In this document: positions 41,601 through 50,806 of the stretch, in pieces
How the letters are laid out: every line of letters starts with the position of its first letter
How positions within the stretch are numbered: position 1 is the stretch's first letter
Assembly: GCA_963818965.1 (NCBI GenBank)
Contig: CAWFUG010000009.1
Location: forward strand, 128,001-192,000
Direction of reading: 5' to 3'
Source of the DNA: an uncultured Verrucomicrobiae bacterium
GTDB lineage: Bacteria > Chlamydiota > Chlamydiia > Chlamydiales > Rhabdochlamydiaceae
Length of the DNA stretch: 64,000 nt
The notes under the pieces: model-generated
What the model saw: the letters and a program-made list of their open reading frames with translations, nothing else
Told to the model about the DNA's origin: nothing
Database searches by the model: none
Made by a program: the position numbers and the translations under genes

Positions 41601-41822
41601 GGAAATTTCTTTAGAGAGCTCTCCTGCCTTGCCGATTTTTTTCGTGTCCCGAAAGGCAGCTTCCAGAGCCTGAGAGATCCGTGCCTTGCGGAACGGGACC
41701 AACTGGCCATTGCGCTTTACCACGGTAAAAGATTGCATTTTATCGTCAATATTTTGCATCGATTGGATCGCAGAGGAAATCTCTTTTGCCGAAAGGGAAG
41801 GGGAGGAAGCGTTTCGAGTCAT
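38613..41822 (-). CDS. nrdA: Ribonucleotide reductase alpha subunit with repeated N-terminal ATP cones
   Basis: VVKRNG, VLREDG and VARDG cone starts; ATPTLFN, SNLCTEI, TTYY and C-terminal CESCQ. Confidence 0.97.
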   Translation of the reverse strand: MTRNASSPSLSAKEISSAIQSMQNIDDKMQSFTVVKRNGQLVPFRKARISQALEAAFRDTKKIGKAGELSKEISATIDQLTDLVIADLFLLASKGASLTVEGIQDQVEVCLMKAGYHDIGRDYIIYRDQHKALREDSPQNLKVLREDGTVARFNLMKITSSIEDAFRFLRQIEGPATEEIVEAVNRLTQDVVARAVSLAKAGNTLTPALIDDEIEQQLMRQGFFDIAKYFILKRASLGQESSSFAHPHPQEEKKARQFHFVARDGSTQVISEEQLYQRFKFSCRGLEEIVSAEELLQSAITNFYEGIKEHEIESATVMAARSKIEIEPAYSKVAARLLVDILYKETMQMGASDPQLESRHRQYFKQYLKFGISVDRIDPQLLEFDLDKLSYAMLLQRDDQFTYLGLQTLYDRYFIHHEEIRLETPQIFWMRVAMGLALNEKEQKTERAIEFYDILSKFLFCSATPTLFNSGTMHSQLSSCFLSTTQDDLHHIFKVISDDAQLSKFAGGIGNDWTNVRATGAMIKGTNGKSQGVIPFLKVANDTAVAVNQGGKRKGAMCAYLETWHLDIEDFLELRKNTGDERRRTHDMNTANWIPDLFMKRVNANGNWTLFSPSDTPDLHDLCGAAFEKRYEEYEKLADEGKIKLYRRIEAMQLWRKMLSMLFETGHPWVTFKDPSNIRSPQDHVGVIHSSNLCTEILLNTNEQETAVCNLGSINLIEHMTEQGLDEKKLSTTIRTAVRMLDNVIDINFYPTKEAANANQRHRPIGMGIMGFQDALYILNLSYASHEAVQFADTCMETISYYALLSSSELAKERGTYESYRGSKWDRGLLPIDTIDLLEKERGETIHMDRASSMDWSKVRESIQKYGIRNSNTMAIAPTATISNIMGPTQSIEPMYKHLFVKSNLSGEFTIPNTYLVEQLKKLKMWDKEMLDDLKYFDGSIAEIERIPQEIKQVFLTAFEIDPEWIIECASRRQKWIDMGQSLNLYLAEPSGKKLHQMYLLAWNKGLKTTYYLRSLGATQIEKSTTDANKRGLQPRWMKNKSASSNIQVDREETKPIVCNLEEGCESCQ

Positions 41823-41958
41823 TTTTTTCTCCTACGAGCTGGGTGTAGAACTCGGGCGCCCAGCAAAAACTCAGGTTTGCTGGGCACTCGAGTTCCACAA
41901 CCGGCTCTTATTTTTAACCTAGAACGGTCAAAGGCCCCAGCGCTCACAGCGCTCGGGT

Positions 41959-42006
41959 ATACCACATGTTGTAGATCTTTGCTCGTATATACACCATATA
42001 TAGTAG
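41959..42006. promoter_or_regulatory. Tandem NrdR boxes
   Basis: ataccacatgttgtag (41959) and acaccatatatagtag (41991), 32 bp apart, upstream of nrdA. Confidence 0.75.
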
Positions 42007-42197
42007 GTGTGGCCTAAATGTCCACAAAAATAAAAACGCCCCTTGGGAAATTTTTTTGGCCCCGCCGCAAGGTCCAAAAAATGAGACAATTAGTGTTTTA
42101 GCATTTGAAGTTCTCGTTAAGAAAGAGGGGAGGAGCTATTTTTTTGGTAGGAAAAATCCCCTCCTTTTGCAAGACTTAAGAGAGCAAAGGTGTGAGG

Positions 42198-43034
42198 ATG
42201 AAACAAATTTACCTGATTCCAAATATTTTGACGGCGTTTGCTCTCTCGTGTGGGCTATTCATCATTTTTAAGGTGAATATGGTCGAACCGGGGGCAGGGA
42301 TTTTCAATGTCCTCAACCAATCGGCGCTGATCTTGCTCGTCGCTGCGTTTGCCGATCTCCTCGATGGAGCGATCGCTCGGGCGATGCGTGCAGAGAGCGA
42401 GTTCGGTTTTAACTTCGACTCTTTAGCCGATGTCGTCTCTTTCGGGGTCGTCCCCTCTGTTTTGCTTTTGAAGACGCTCTCTTTAGAGCCGGGGACAGGA
42501 CTCTCTTTTTACGCCATGCTCGGCTGTATGCTTTACTCGATCTGCGGCGTCTTGCGCCTCGTGCGTTTCAATGTGAGAGGGACAGAGACCAAGGGAAAAA
42601 AAGAGGCGATGGCTGCTGACAAAAAACACTTCACAGGTCTCCCCATCCCAGCAGCTGCGATTGCAGCTGTCTCGATTAATCTCCTATTCGCTTCTCCCTT
42701 TTTTAATGAGATTTTCACTCTTTCACCAGAGCTGAAGGCGATCCTTTTGACGAGTATCATGATCGTGCTCGGCTATTTTATGGTGAGCCGTTGGAAATTC
42801 CCCAGTTCCAAAGCGCTCCATTTCCGCGTTCCCTCTTTCCAGCTCGTCTTCGTCACGGTGATCTTGGCGATTTTCGTCTTCTACGGGATCCTCTATTTCT
42901 TCCCCATCATGCTCGCGATCGTCTCCTGGAGCTATTTGCTCCTCGGTTGGACCCTTTCTTTAATCCGCATCATCGCCGGCAAGAAATCGAAGACACTCGC
43001 CGATTTTGAGCCAGAGCAAGAGGATGAAGAATAG
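42198..43034 (+). CDS. pssA: CDP-diacylglycerol--serine O-phosphatidyltransferase
   Basis: PNILT, DLLDGAIAR...G..FDSLADVVSFG, RLVRFN, FTGLPIP. Confidence 0.9.
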   Translation: MKQIYLIPNILTAFALSCGLFIIFKVNMVEPGAGIFNVLNQSALILLVAAFADLLDGAIARAMRAESEFGFNFDSLADVVSFGVVPSVLLLKTLSLEPGTGLSFYAMLGCMLYSICGVLRLVRFNVRGTETKGKKEAMAADKKHFTGLPIPAAAIAAVSINLLFASPFFNEIFTLSPELKAILLTSIMIVLGYFMVSRWKFPSSKALHFRVPSFQLVFVTVILAIFVFYGILYFFPIMLAIVSWSYLLLGWTLSLIRIIAGKKSKTLADFEPEQEDEE

Positions 43035-43043
43035 GGAACAGAA

Positions 43044-43123
43044 TCACCACAGAGAGAAGAAACCACAGAGAGAAAATAAAAAAATGTACTCTTCCTCTCT
43101 GTGGTTTCCCCTCTCTGTGGTGA
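43044..43123. repeat. ACCACAGAG composite palindromic repeat, copy 4
   Basis: tcaccacagagagaagaaaccacagagag...ctctctgtggtttcccctctctgtggtga. Confidence 0.9.
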
Positions 43124-43151
43124 AAATTCATAACAAGCGTGTTAGGTCCTC

Positions 43152-44468
43152 ATGAATGATATAATGCTGATATGGGGTGTCGCCGGCCTCCTTCTGGGGC
43201 TCCTTTTCTTTTTCCGCGAACGCTTCTTGCGCAAAAAAGTAGAGGGAGAGCTCAAGAACGTCCAGTCTCAGTATCTCGAAGAGAACATAGAGAAGAGGGT
43301 TACCGAAGAGAAGCTGAACCTTTTGCAGAAAGCGCAAGAGGAGCTAAAACACGTCTTTTCCAGCCTCTCTAGCGACGCTCTCGAGAAGAACAATCGGCAA
43401 TTTTTAGATCTTGCCAAATCAACGCTAGAGACCTTTCAGGTGGGCGCTAAAAGTGATCTCGAGAAACGACAAACCGCCATCGGCGAGATGCTCCATCCGA
43501 TGAAAGATTCCCTGCAGAAACTCGACCAAGGGATTCGCGAGATCGAAAAAGAGCGCAAAGGGGATCAGGAAGCGCTCAAAGAGCAGGTAAAGGCCCTTTT
43601 AGAAAATGAGCGGCAACTGAAAAAAGAGACCTCCAATCTCGTCAAGGCTCTCCGCACTCCTTTAGCGCGAGGGCGATGGGGAGAGATCCAGCTCAAGCGC
43701 GTCGTCGAACTCGCTGGGATGCTGAGTTACTGTGATTTTTTCGAGCAATTGCAGCATACAACAGATGAAGAGAATCGCTTCCGCCCCGACCTCATCGTCC
43801 GTTTGCCCGGTGGGCGTCAGGTGATCGTCGATGCGAAAGTGCCCCTAGAGGCCTATCTCGAAGCGATTCAATCCTCAGACGAAGAGGTTCAGATCCAAAA
43901 GCTAAAGACCCATGCTAAACAGGTGCGCGCACACGTCACTGCGCTTGGGAAAAAGGCCTATTGGGAACATTTCCAACCCTCTCCTGAATTCGTCGTCCTC
44001 TTCCTCCCCGCAGAGACCTTCTTCAGCGCAGCTTTAGAATTCGACCCCTCGCTCATCGAAGCAGGGGCGCAGCAGAAGGTAATCGTCGCAACGCCCACAA
44101 CTCTCATCGCCCTCCTGCGCGCCGTCGCCTATGGCTGGCAGCAAGAGAGCCTAACCCGCCACATGGAAGCCTTGCAGACGCTCGGTCAAGAGCTCTATAA
44201 GCGCCTGGCCGACATGGGTTCCCATTTCGCTAAGATGGGCAGATCCTTGGGTTCCGCAGTCGAAGCCTATAACAAAGGGGTCGGCTCTTTAGAATCCCGC
44301 GTGCTCGTCACAGCCCGCAAATTCAATGAGATGAACGTCCTCTCAGGACAGATCGAGCTCGAAACGGTGGAAGCAGTCGAAAAGATACCGCGTGAACTGA
44401 GCTCGGTAGAAGCAGCTGATACCGAAGAGAAAACTCAAAATCTGGTTTCTGGTTCCGCTCCATTGTAA
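43152..44468 (+). CDS. rmuC: DNA recombination protein RmuC
   Basis: RGRWGEIQL, RPDLIVRLP, VDAKVPL, FVVLFLPAE, ATPTTL. Confidence 0.93.
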   Translation: MNDIMLIWGVAGLLLGLLFFFRERFLRKKVEGELKNVQSQYLEENIEKRVTEEKLNLLQKAQEELKHVFSSLSSDALEKNNRQFLDLAKSTLETFQVGAKSDLEKRQTAIGEMLHPMKDSLQKLDQGIREIEKERKGDQEALKEQVKALLENERQLKKETSNLVKALRTPLARGRWGEIQLKRVVELAGMLSYCDFFEQLQHTTDEENRFRPDLIVRLPGGRQVIVDAKVPLEAYLEAIQSSDEEVQIQKLKTHAKQVRAHVTALGKKAYWEHFQPSPEFVVLFLPAETFFSAALEFDPSLIEAGAQQKVIVATPTTLIALLRAVAYGWQQESLTRHMEALQTLGQELYKRLADMGSHFAKMGRSLGSAVEAYNKGVGSLESRVLVTARKFNEMNVLSGQIELETVEAVEKIPRELSSVEAADTEEKTQNLVSGSAPL

Positions 44469-44687
44469 GTCACTGGCTATTAGAGTTTTATGAAGAGTCA
44501 TCGCAAAACGCCACCGGAAATGTCAAAATGGGCGCAAAATTGCCATTACCGATGGCGTTTTGTAATTGGGATCCACTGTATGGTAAAGGTTTTTGGGTTG
44601 GACGGCAGGGAAATGGTAGGAATGATACAATGATAGGAACGATAAAATTTTTCTTTCTTCATCATTCCTATCATTTTATCATTTATA

Positions 44688-45467
44688 TCATGTTACTTGC
44701 TTGAGGCGGTCGATCCACTCGAGGGGGATCCCTGCTTTGAGGCGGGGCTCTTCGCGCACGATGACGCCTGTCGCGCGCTTGGGGGTCATGAGTGGGGGGA
44801 GACTCTCTTCCCAGGCCTGCCATTCTGACTCGTTTTCCCCTTTTAGCTTTTTTAGCCAGTTCCAGCCGAAAGCGACGTGGTTGATCTCATCTTTTAGGAT
44901 TTGTTCCATCAGGGCTGCCGACTCGAAATCGCCCACTCGGGCAAACGACTTCCCATAGAGGGGGGCGAAGTCGAGATTGGCCATTTCGAAGGTAAGGCTC
45001 ATGACGCTGATGTAGCGCAGCGGTGTCGTGAGGTGGGGGACGTAAGCCCAAAAGTGGCGGTAGAGGGGGAGATCTCCGAACTCGACGCCCATGGCCTTCA
45101 ACCGCGCGCAATAAAGGCGTACGTGCTCCTGTTCTTCTTTCAGGGTGTTCGCTACCCCTCTGCGGAAGTGTTTGGGTGCTTCGGGAAACTTGAGGAGCGC
45201 CTGCGCCATGATCTCGACAGCGAGGAGCTCATGGCCGGCAAACCGGTGCAAGCAGACGGCTCGCTTATCGGGATCGCGGTGTTCGTGAAGGGGCGGGAGC
45301 TTATCTTTGCGCCCTCTGCGCTGGAAGTGCATGCCTACAGGGCGTACCGGCTCATTGAAATCTAGCGCGGGCCCAGGACTGTGATCCGATACACTTTCAG
45401 GACAATATAATTTTTCTTCTAAGGTGTCCGCGGAGAGGATCCGCAGTGCCCAATCTCTTAATTCCAT
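44688..45467 (-). CDS. DUF455 ferritin-like protein
   Basis: LHRFAGHELLA, EEQEH, EMANLD, DEINHV..G..W. Confidence 0.8.
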   Translation of the reverse strand: MELRDWALRILSADTLEEKLYCPESVSDHSPGPALDFNEPVRPVGMHFQRRGRKDKLPPLHEHRDPDKRAVCLHRFAGHELLAVEIMAQALLKFPEAPKHFRRGVANTLKEEQEHVRLYCARLKAMGVEFGDLPLYRHFWAYVPHLTTPLRYISVMSLTFEMANLDFAPLYGKSFARVGDFESAALMEQILKDEINHVAFGWNWLKKLKGENESEWQAWEESLPPLMTPKRATGVIVREEPRLKAGIPLEWIDRLKQVT

Positions 45468-45576
45468 AGGCTCAGGTAGGTCTGAAAAAAATTTCTGCCC
45501 GCCCCCACCTCTTAGAACTTTAAGTTCTAAAGGGGAGCGGACACGAAAAAGTCTATCAGAATAGGAGGTTTTCCCT

Positions 45577-46842
45577 CTACTGCATCCCGAGGATGTAGTA
45601 GGCGGGGAAGGCGAAGTTGTTATTCGGACGGGGTGAGGCGACTAGCGTCACGCGCTTGCCGACAAGGCTCTGTAAATTGATTTTTGTGCTGTAGAGGTAA
45701 CCGATGGGGATTTCCTTGTCGCGCAAGATGAAGTCTCCCGGTTTACTCTTGACGGGAGAATTGTAGGATTCGACGATCCCGCTGAGGGTGATCGCAGAGA
45801 GTTTTTGGTCTTCGTAAAACTCTTCCAAGCTCCCACCGCTGTTCCCACTTTCCCAACCCATGTAGAGCACTTCTTCTACAGGTTCCCAGGCGATCATTCT
45901 GTCGGTTATTTGCAAGAGCGCTTCTGAGAGTTCTTCAGCAAGAGCTCGATTTGCCTCTTGCTCTGCCGGTTGAACGGCGACTGAGCGCGATTCGAGATAG
46001 GAGATTCTCTTTTCGAGATAGGCTTCTTGAAAATTCGTCAGGGCTTGACGCGCGGTTTCTGCGAGCTCTGTGAATTCAGAGTACTCTTTTACGACGGTGT
46101 TATAACTGTTCACGATCCGATCGAAGTCCATCTCTTCAAACGGTTTTTTCAGCTCTGCTTGACTCAATACAGCTGCGGCATCTAGGAGTTGCTGACATGT
46201 TGCCATTTTCCGATCGATTTGTTGCTTGAGCTCAGGCCCTCCAGCGTATTCGACATATTCCTTAGCGATATAGAACCGCGTCGTTTCAGGAGGCGTGATT
46301 TCTAGCCACTTGCCGTTGATCGGTGAGATGGCTGCATTTTCGAGCCGATCTCCTGAATTGAGATGGGCGATTACAGGTGCCTCGAGATGGGGCTCGAGCC
46401 GCACATTGACTCGGTTACCTTCGACGACATTGTCGAGCACGAAACTGCGGAAGACATAGGCCTTCGTCTCTTTAGGTGGAGAGACTGCCCAGAAATCCTC
46501 TTTTTCTCCGAGGATCGAAATCAGTTCATCTTTTTGGACTTCTTTGATGATGCGACTGTCGACGTCTGCCTCTAAGCGGATCCTCACTTTCTTAGCCTTG
46601 ATTCTTCCTGTAAAGGGAGAGAAAGGAACGTCGGGGGCCTTAGGAGTGGGTTGGGAAATGGGAGCTGTTTTTTTAGGTACGACAGCAGAGGGGGTTTCTT
46701 GAAGCGGGATGGGGACCAATTCCCCTGCAGAAAAAGGGCGCATCTCTTCTGCAGTTGTGTCAAAAGAGATCTCATCTGCAAACGCGCTATTCAGAGAAAG
46801 GGCGCACAGGGAAAGGCACAAAAATTTAAAAGAAGTGAGCAT
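45577..46842 (-). CDS. Secreted bacterial SH3-domain protein (chlamydial CT017/Ctad1-like)
   Basis: Signal peptide; two SH3b repeats (KVRIRLEA, RVNVRLEP); C-terminal RPNNNFAFPAY. Confidence 0.75.
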   Translation of the reverse strand: MLTSFKFLCLSLCALSLNSAFADEISFDTTAEEMRPFSAGELVPIPLQETPSAVVPKKTAPISQPTPKAPDVPFSPFTGRIKAKKVRIRLEADVDSRIIKEVQKDELISILGEKEDFWAVSPPKETKAYVFRSFVLDNVVEGNRVNVRLEPHLEAPVIAHLNSGDRLENAAISPINGKWLEITPPETTRFYIAKEYVEYAGGPELKQQIDRKMATCQQLLDAAAVLSQAELKKPFEEMDFDRIVNSYNTVVKEYSEFTELAETARQALTNFQEAYLEKRISYLESRSVAVQPAEQEANRALAEELSEALLQITDRMIAWEPVEEVLYMGWESGNSGGSLEEFYEDQKLSAITLSGIVESYNSPVKSKPGDFILRDKEIPIGYLYSTKINLQSLVGKRVTLVASPRPNNNFAFPAYYILGMQ

Positions 46843-46911
46843 GACGATAACTCCTAATATGAGTATGAATCGCCATTCTATGGGGTGTTATTTTTTTACA
46901 CCACGTTTTTT

Positions 46912-47640
46912 TTAGCTCTCGAGCACCGCACGGATGTGTTTGCATTGTTTTTCCCCACAGGTACACCCTCCGGGATTTCCGAGAAATACGGTGTAATGCT
47001 CCTCTTTGTCGCTCGCATTTGTGACGAGGAAGAGTTTATCGCCGATTTGTGAGATATCCCACAGGCGGAACTTCAGCTCATCGTCAGAGACGATTTCTTC
47101 TAATTCGGGAAGGGCAGGCTCTTCGCTATTTTCCGTAATTCCCTTGTTCAGAGCGCCTGTGATTTGGCAGTGAATGCAATGACAAAAAGGCTCTGGTTTG
47201 GGGGCGTGATTGGGGTCATCGATGTCCATGGTCTTTGCCATCTCAGCGATACGCATCAAGAGTTCAGGGGGGAGCTCGGGAGCGTCCTTTTGATCGGGAT
47301 TGTGTTGTAAAAGGGTTCCTAAATTTTCGATGCTGCCAAGAGCGTCTTTTAAGGGAAACTCAAAAGAGAATACCTGCTCTTGAGGGAGGGCGAGGTGCAT
47401 CGGGTGTCTCGCGGGAGTTTTGGAGGGTCGCTCCCCCATCTCTAAGAATTTCGCATGCTGGACGAAAATCATTTCGATGAGATCGCCAGGGAGATCGGGG
47501 ATTTCGATCGCCACTCCGTTGAGTAAAGTCACGACCAAAAAGAGCATTTCGCCTTGGGGCTCGACGTGAAGCGAGGCGATATTTTTCCACGAGGTGGAAA
47601 TATAGGGAGGGATGCTGAGGATCTTTTGGTTGATTTTCAT
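46912..47640 (-). CDS. Chlamydial conserved protein (CT016-like) with Cys/His zinc motifs
   Basis: MKINQKILSIPPYISTSW; CHCIHC and CTCGEKQCKH. Confidence 0.75.
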   Translation of the reverse strand: MKINQKILSIPPYISTSWKNIASLHVEPQGEMLFLVVTLLNGVAIEIPDLPGDLIEMIFVQHAKFLEMGERPSKTPARHPMHLALPQEQVFSFEFPLKDALGSIENLGTLLQHNPDQKDAPELPPELLMRIAEMAKTMDIDDPNHAPKPEPFCHCIHCQITGALNKGITENSEEPALPELEEIVSDDELKFRLWDISQIGDKLFLVTNASDKEEHYTVFLGNPGGCTCGEKQCKHIRAVLES

Positions 47641-47844
47641 AACGCACCTTTATTTAGCCTTATCTTCCCTCCATTATATTACAGGGCAATTTTCCTTGTC
47701 AATTTTTTTAGCAGTCCGGGCATCTAATTGCTTAATCTTTACTTAAGTCCCTTATAATGAACGGTGTAAAAAATTTGTTGAGGTTGGGGGAGAGGGTAGC
47801 TATGCTCCGGAAAAAGAAAACCGCAACTTGTAAGGAGATCGCGC

Positions 47845-49158
47845 GTGAGCAGAAAAACCTTTGTCATCGATACCAATGTCCTTCTCCATGATCCTGATGC
47901 GATCAAGAAATTTCGCGAAAATGATGTGGTCGTGCCTTTAGCTGTTTTAGAGGAGCTCGATAGTATGAAGAGGTTGTCAGACGAGCTTGGGAAAAATGCG
48001 CGCCAGGTCATGCGCTATATCGATGAGCTCAAAAGAACTGCCAAAGGGGACCTGTATGAGGGGGTTGCAATAGACAATGGGATCGTCTTTAGGATTTACG
48101 TCGATTTAAAATCGCCTGAAAAGAGCGCGGTTCCCCTTCCTTTTGAGCGAGGAGGCAACAAATTACTTGCGATCGCTTATCAGCTCAAGGTGCAGGGAAA
48201 GCGGGTCGTGGTTGTCTCTAAAGATTTCATCTTACGCATTAAGGCAGAGGCGATCGGGATCGAAGGGGAGGATTACGAAAATTTGAAGTTTTCCTACGAC
48301 AATCTCTACCGTGGCTATCGAAAGCTCGAAGTCCCCAAACAACAGATCGATCTCTTTTTTAAGGAAGGGTCTTTGCCTCTAGATCTACCCGATCTTTTGC
48401 CCAATGAATACTGCCATTTGACATGTCCCGAACAGTCTTCTGCCGTGGCTAAATACAATGCGCAATCAAAGCGGCTCGAGCCGCTTCTTAAAATTTCGAG
48501 GGACATTTGGGGAATTTATCCTCTCAATGTGGAGCAAAAGTGTGCGCTGGATCTTCTATTGCGCGATGATGTCAAGCTCGTCACTCTGATCGGACCTGCA
48601 GGGACGGGAAAGACCCTCCTCGCTCTCGCTGCAGGTTTAAGGAAGGTGTTCGATGAGGGGATCTATTCGAAGATCCTCGTTAGCCGACCGATCGTTCCGC
48701 TCGGCAAAGATATCGGGTATCTACCAGGGACCAAGGATGAAAAGCTCTTTCACTGGATGCAGCCGATCTACGATAACCTCGAGTTTCTATGCCAGTCTTC
48801 TACCGGCAAGGGCAATGGAGAGGAGACGCAAAAGTGGATTTTGGAAAGTAAGAAAATCGAGATGGAGGCGGTGACCTATATCCGCGGGCGGACACTGCCG
48901 AAGATGTATATGATCATCGACGAGGCGCAAAACCTAACCCCTCATGAAGTCAAGACGATCATCTCGCGCGCGGGCCAAGGGGCAAAGGTCGTCCTAACAG
49001 GGGATCCGACCCAGATCGACAACCCCTACTTAGACAAAGACTCCAATGCTCTCACTTTTACGGTAGGTAAGTTCAAGCAATACCCGCTCTTCGGACACAT
49101 CTTCCTCGAGAAGACGGAGCGCTCACCTCTTGCCGCCCTCGCCGCAGAGGTCCTCTAA
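47845..49158 (+). CDS. phoH: PIN-PhoH family ATPase
   Basis: FVIDTNVLL PIN motif; GPAGTGKT, RGRT, DEAQN. Confidence 0.9.
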   Translation: MSRKTFVIDTNVLLHDPDAIKKFRENDVVVPLAVLEELDSMKRLSDELGKNARQVMRYIDELKRTAKGDLYEGVAIDNGIVFRIYVDLKSPEKSAVPLPFERGGNKLLAIAYQLKVQGKRVVVVSKDFILRIKAEAIGIEGEDYENLKFSYDNLYRGYRKLEVPKQQIDLFFKEGSLPLDLPDLLPNEYCHLTCPEQSSAVAKYNAQSKRLEPLLKISRDIWGIYPLNVEQKCALDLLLRDDVKLVTLIGPAGTGKTLLALAAGLRKVFDEGIYSKILVSRPIVPLGKDIGYLPGTKDEKLFHWMQPIYDNLEFLCQSSTGKGNGEETQKWILESKKIEMEAVTYIRGRTLPKMYMIIDEAQNLTPHEVKTIISRAGQGAKVVLTGDPTQIDNPYLDKDSNALTFTVGKFKQYPLFGHIFLEKTERSPLAALAAEVL

Positions 49159-49166
49159 AGCGCTCA

Positions 49167-49243
49167 CTCACCACAGAGATGGGAAACCACAGAGGGGAAA
49201 TTTTATGAATTTTCTCTCTGTGGTGTCCCATCTCTGTGGTGAG
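49167..49243. repeat. ACCACAGAG composite palindromic repeat, copy 5
   Basis: ctcaccacagagatgggaaaccacagag...ctctgtggtgtcccatctctgtggtgag. Confidence 0.9.
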
Positions 49244-49270
49244 TTATAAGCTTTGCGCTAAACCATGCTC

Positions 49271-50554
49271 TTAAGCTGCTGTTCTCAATCGCAGATAAGC
49301 GCGGTCGGGGTGGTGGAACAGGATCACGATGATCACGGAAAATGCCGTCAGTCCGCCGAGTAAGAGAAAGGCTCCTTGATAGCTGCCGCTCAGATCGATG
49401 AGCAATCCCGTCAGTACAGGCGCCAAAATCCCCGCCAGGGCGAGGAATGCAGAACAAACCCCTTGGGCAGATCCTGAGCGTTCTTTGGCGACGTCGATGT
49501 TGATGCTAAAGAAGGCGGGTTGTGGCATCAATCCAAATCCCAGCCCTAAGCTCAAAAAGAGGATAGAGAGGCCGAGGGAATTCGTAAAGCCCAGCAGGAT
49601 GAAGAACACGGCAGCGAGCAGTTGGCTAATCCAAATCACGTGGGATCGAGAGATCCTCCCATTGCCCGTTTTTTTATAGAGCCAATCGGAGAGGAAGCCC
49701 CCCGCTTTTAAGAAAATCGCCCCGACGAGCCAGGGGATTGTCAAATACCAACCGACACTCTTGAGATTAAGCCCGTGCTGCGAGAGGAAATAGCCAGGCA
49801 GCCACAGGGTGGCAAAAAAGAGCATGTAGCCGAAGGCGAAATAGGCGAGGTTGTTCGCGATGAGGGTAGGGTGGGTCAGAATGAAGTTCCAGTCGATCCG
49901 ATTGTTCTTAGACTCTCCGTGTTGTTCACAAGCCTTCGCTAAAAAATTCTTTTCCTGTTCAGAGACGAACGGGCAGTCTTGCGGTTTATCTCTAAATACG
50001 AAATACCAGAGCACCGCCCATAGAATACCTAAGCCGGCGATGACGAAGAACATCGATCTCCATCCGAGGTCGATGACGAGATGGGAGCAAAACGGAGCGC
50101 CGACGACAGCAGAGAGGGGAATCGCGACGAGTCCGAGCGATAGGGATCTCGCTCGCTCTACAGGGGGCAGCCAATTGCAGACTGTACGCGTGATCGCTGG
50201 GAAGTGAGGGCCTTCCGTCACTCCGAGGAGAAAACGGATGGCGATGAAGCTCCAAAAGCCTGTGGCTAGTCCTAAGAAAGCGACGCACAACGACCAAGCG
50301 ATCGCAGCGAGTGACCAGACAGAACGGGTTCCAAAGACATCGACGAGCCAGCCTCCGAGAGCTGTCAACAAGACATATCCTAGGGCAAAGGCTGATAAGA
50401 TCATGCCAAATTGGGTGTCACTGAAATGGAACTCCTGCTTGAGCGGCTCGATCACGAATGAAATTGCCGACCGGTCGATGAAATTGACCAAAGTGATGAA
50501 GAAGACAAGGGCTGAAATGAACCAGCGGTAATTTTTAGGACGGGTGTTATCCAT
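49271..50554 (-). CDS. MFS transporter (ACS / D-galactonate-like)
   Basis: NFIDRSAIS, GWLVDVFG.R, RFLLGVTEGPHFP; about 12 TM segments. Confidence 0.9.
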   Translation of the reverse strand: MDNTRPKNYRWFISALVFFITLVNFIDRSAISFVIEPLKQEFHFSDTQFGMILSAFALGYVLLTALGGWLVDVFGTRSVWSLAAIAWSLCVAFLGLATGFWSFIAIRFLLGVTEGPHFPAITRTVCNWLPPVERARSLSLGLVAIPLSAVVGAPFCSHLVIDLGWRSMFFVIAGLGILWAVLWYFVFRDKPQDCPFVSEQEKNFLAKACEQHGESKNNRIDWNFILTHPTLIANNLAYFAFGYMLFFATLWLPGYFLSQHGLNLKSVGWYLTIPWLVGAIFLKAGGFLSDWLYKKTGNGRISRSHVIWISQLLAAVFFILLGFTNSLGLSILFLSLGLGFGLMPQPAFFSINIDVAKERSGSAQGVCSAFLALAGILAPVLTGLLIDLSGSYQGAFLLLGGLTAFSVIIVILFHHPDRAYLRLRTAA

Positions 50555-50672
50555 AAAGTTTTTCTCGTTAGTTTTCGCAACAGCATGACCGATTTTCGAA
50601 AAAAAGAAAAGCGCTGAAACTGCCTTCAGAGGAAAACTCATTTTAATCAATTGATTCTCAATTGGTTATATG

Positions 50673-50768
50673 TCAACCTGGCGAAAAGTCGATTTTTAGC
50701 CCACTTTCCGCCAGTTTGGTGAATCAAACCGGCGGAAAGTGGGAAAAATATTGACTTTTCGCTGGTTT
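50673..50768. repeat. Long imperfect inverted repeat
   Basis: gcgaaaagtc..cccactttccgcc..tttg / caaa..ggcggaaagtggg..gacttttcgc. Confidence 0.7.
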
Positions 50769-50806
50769 GTTTTAATGGAACGTCCAAGAATCTGTCCTAG
50801 GAATAT

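Noticed and set aside
47845..49158. PIN-PhoH as an accessory toxin
   Set aside because: It lies in conserved chlamydial context beside CT016/CT017-like genes and has no adjacent antitoxin
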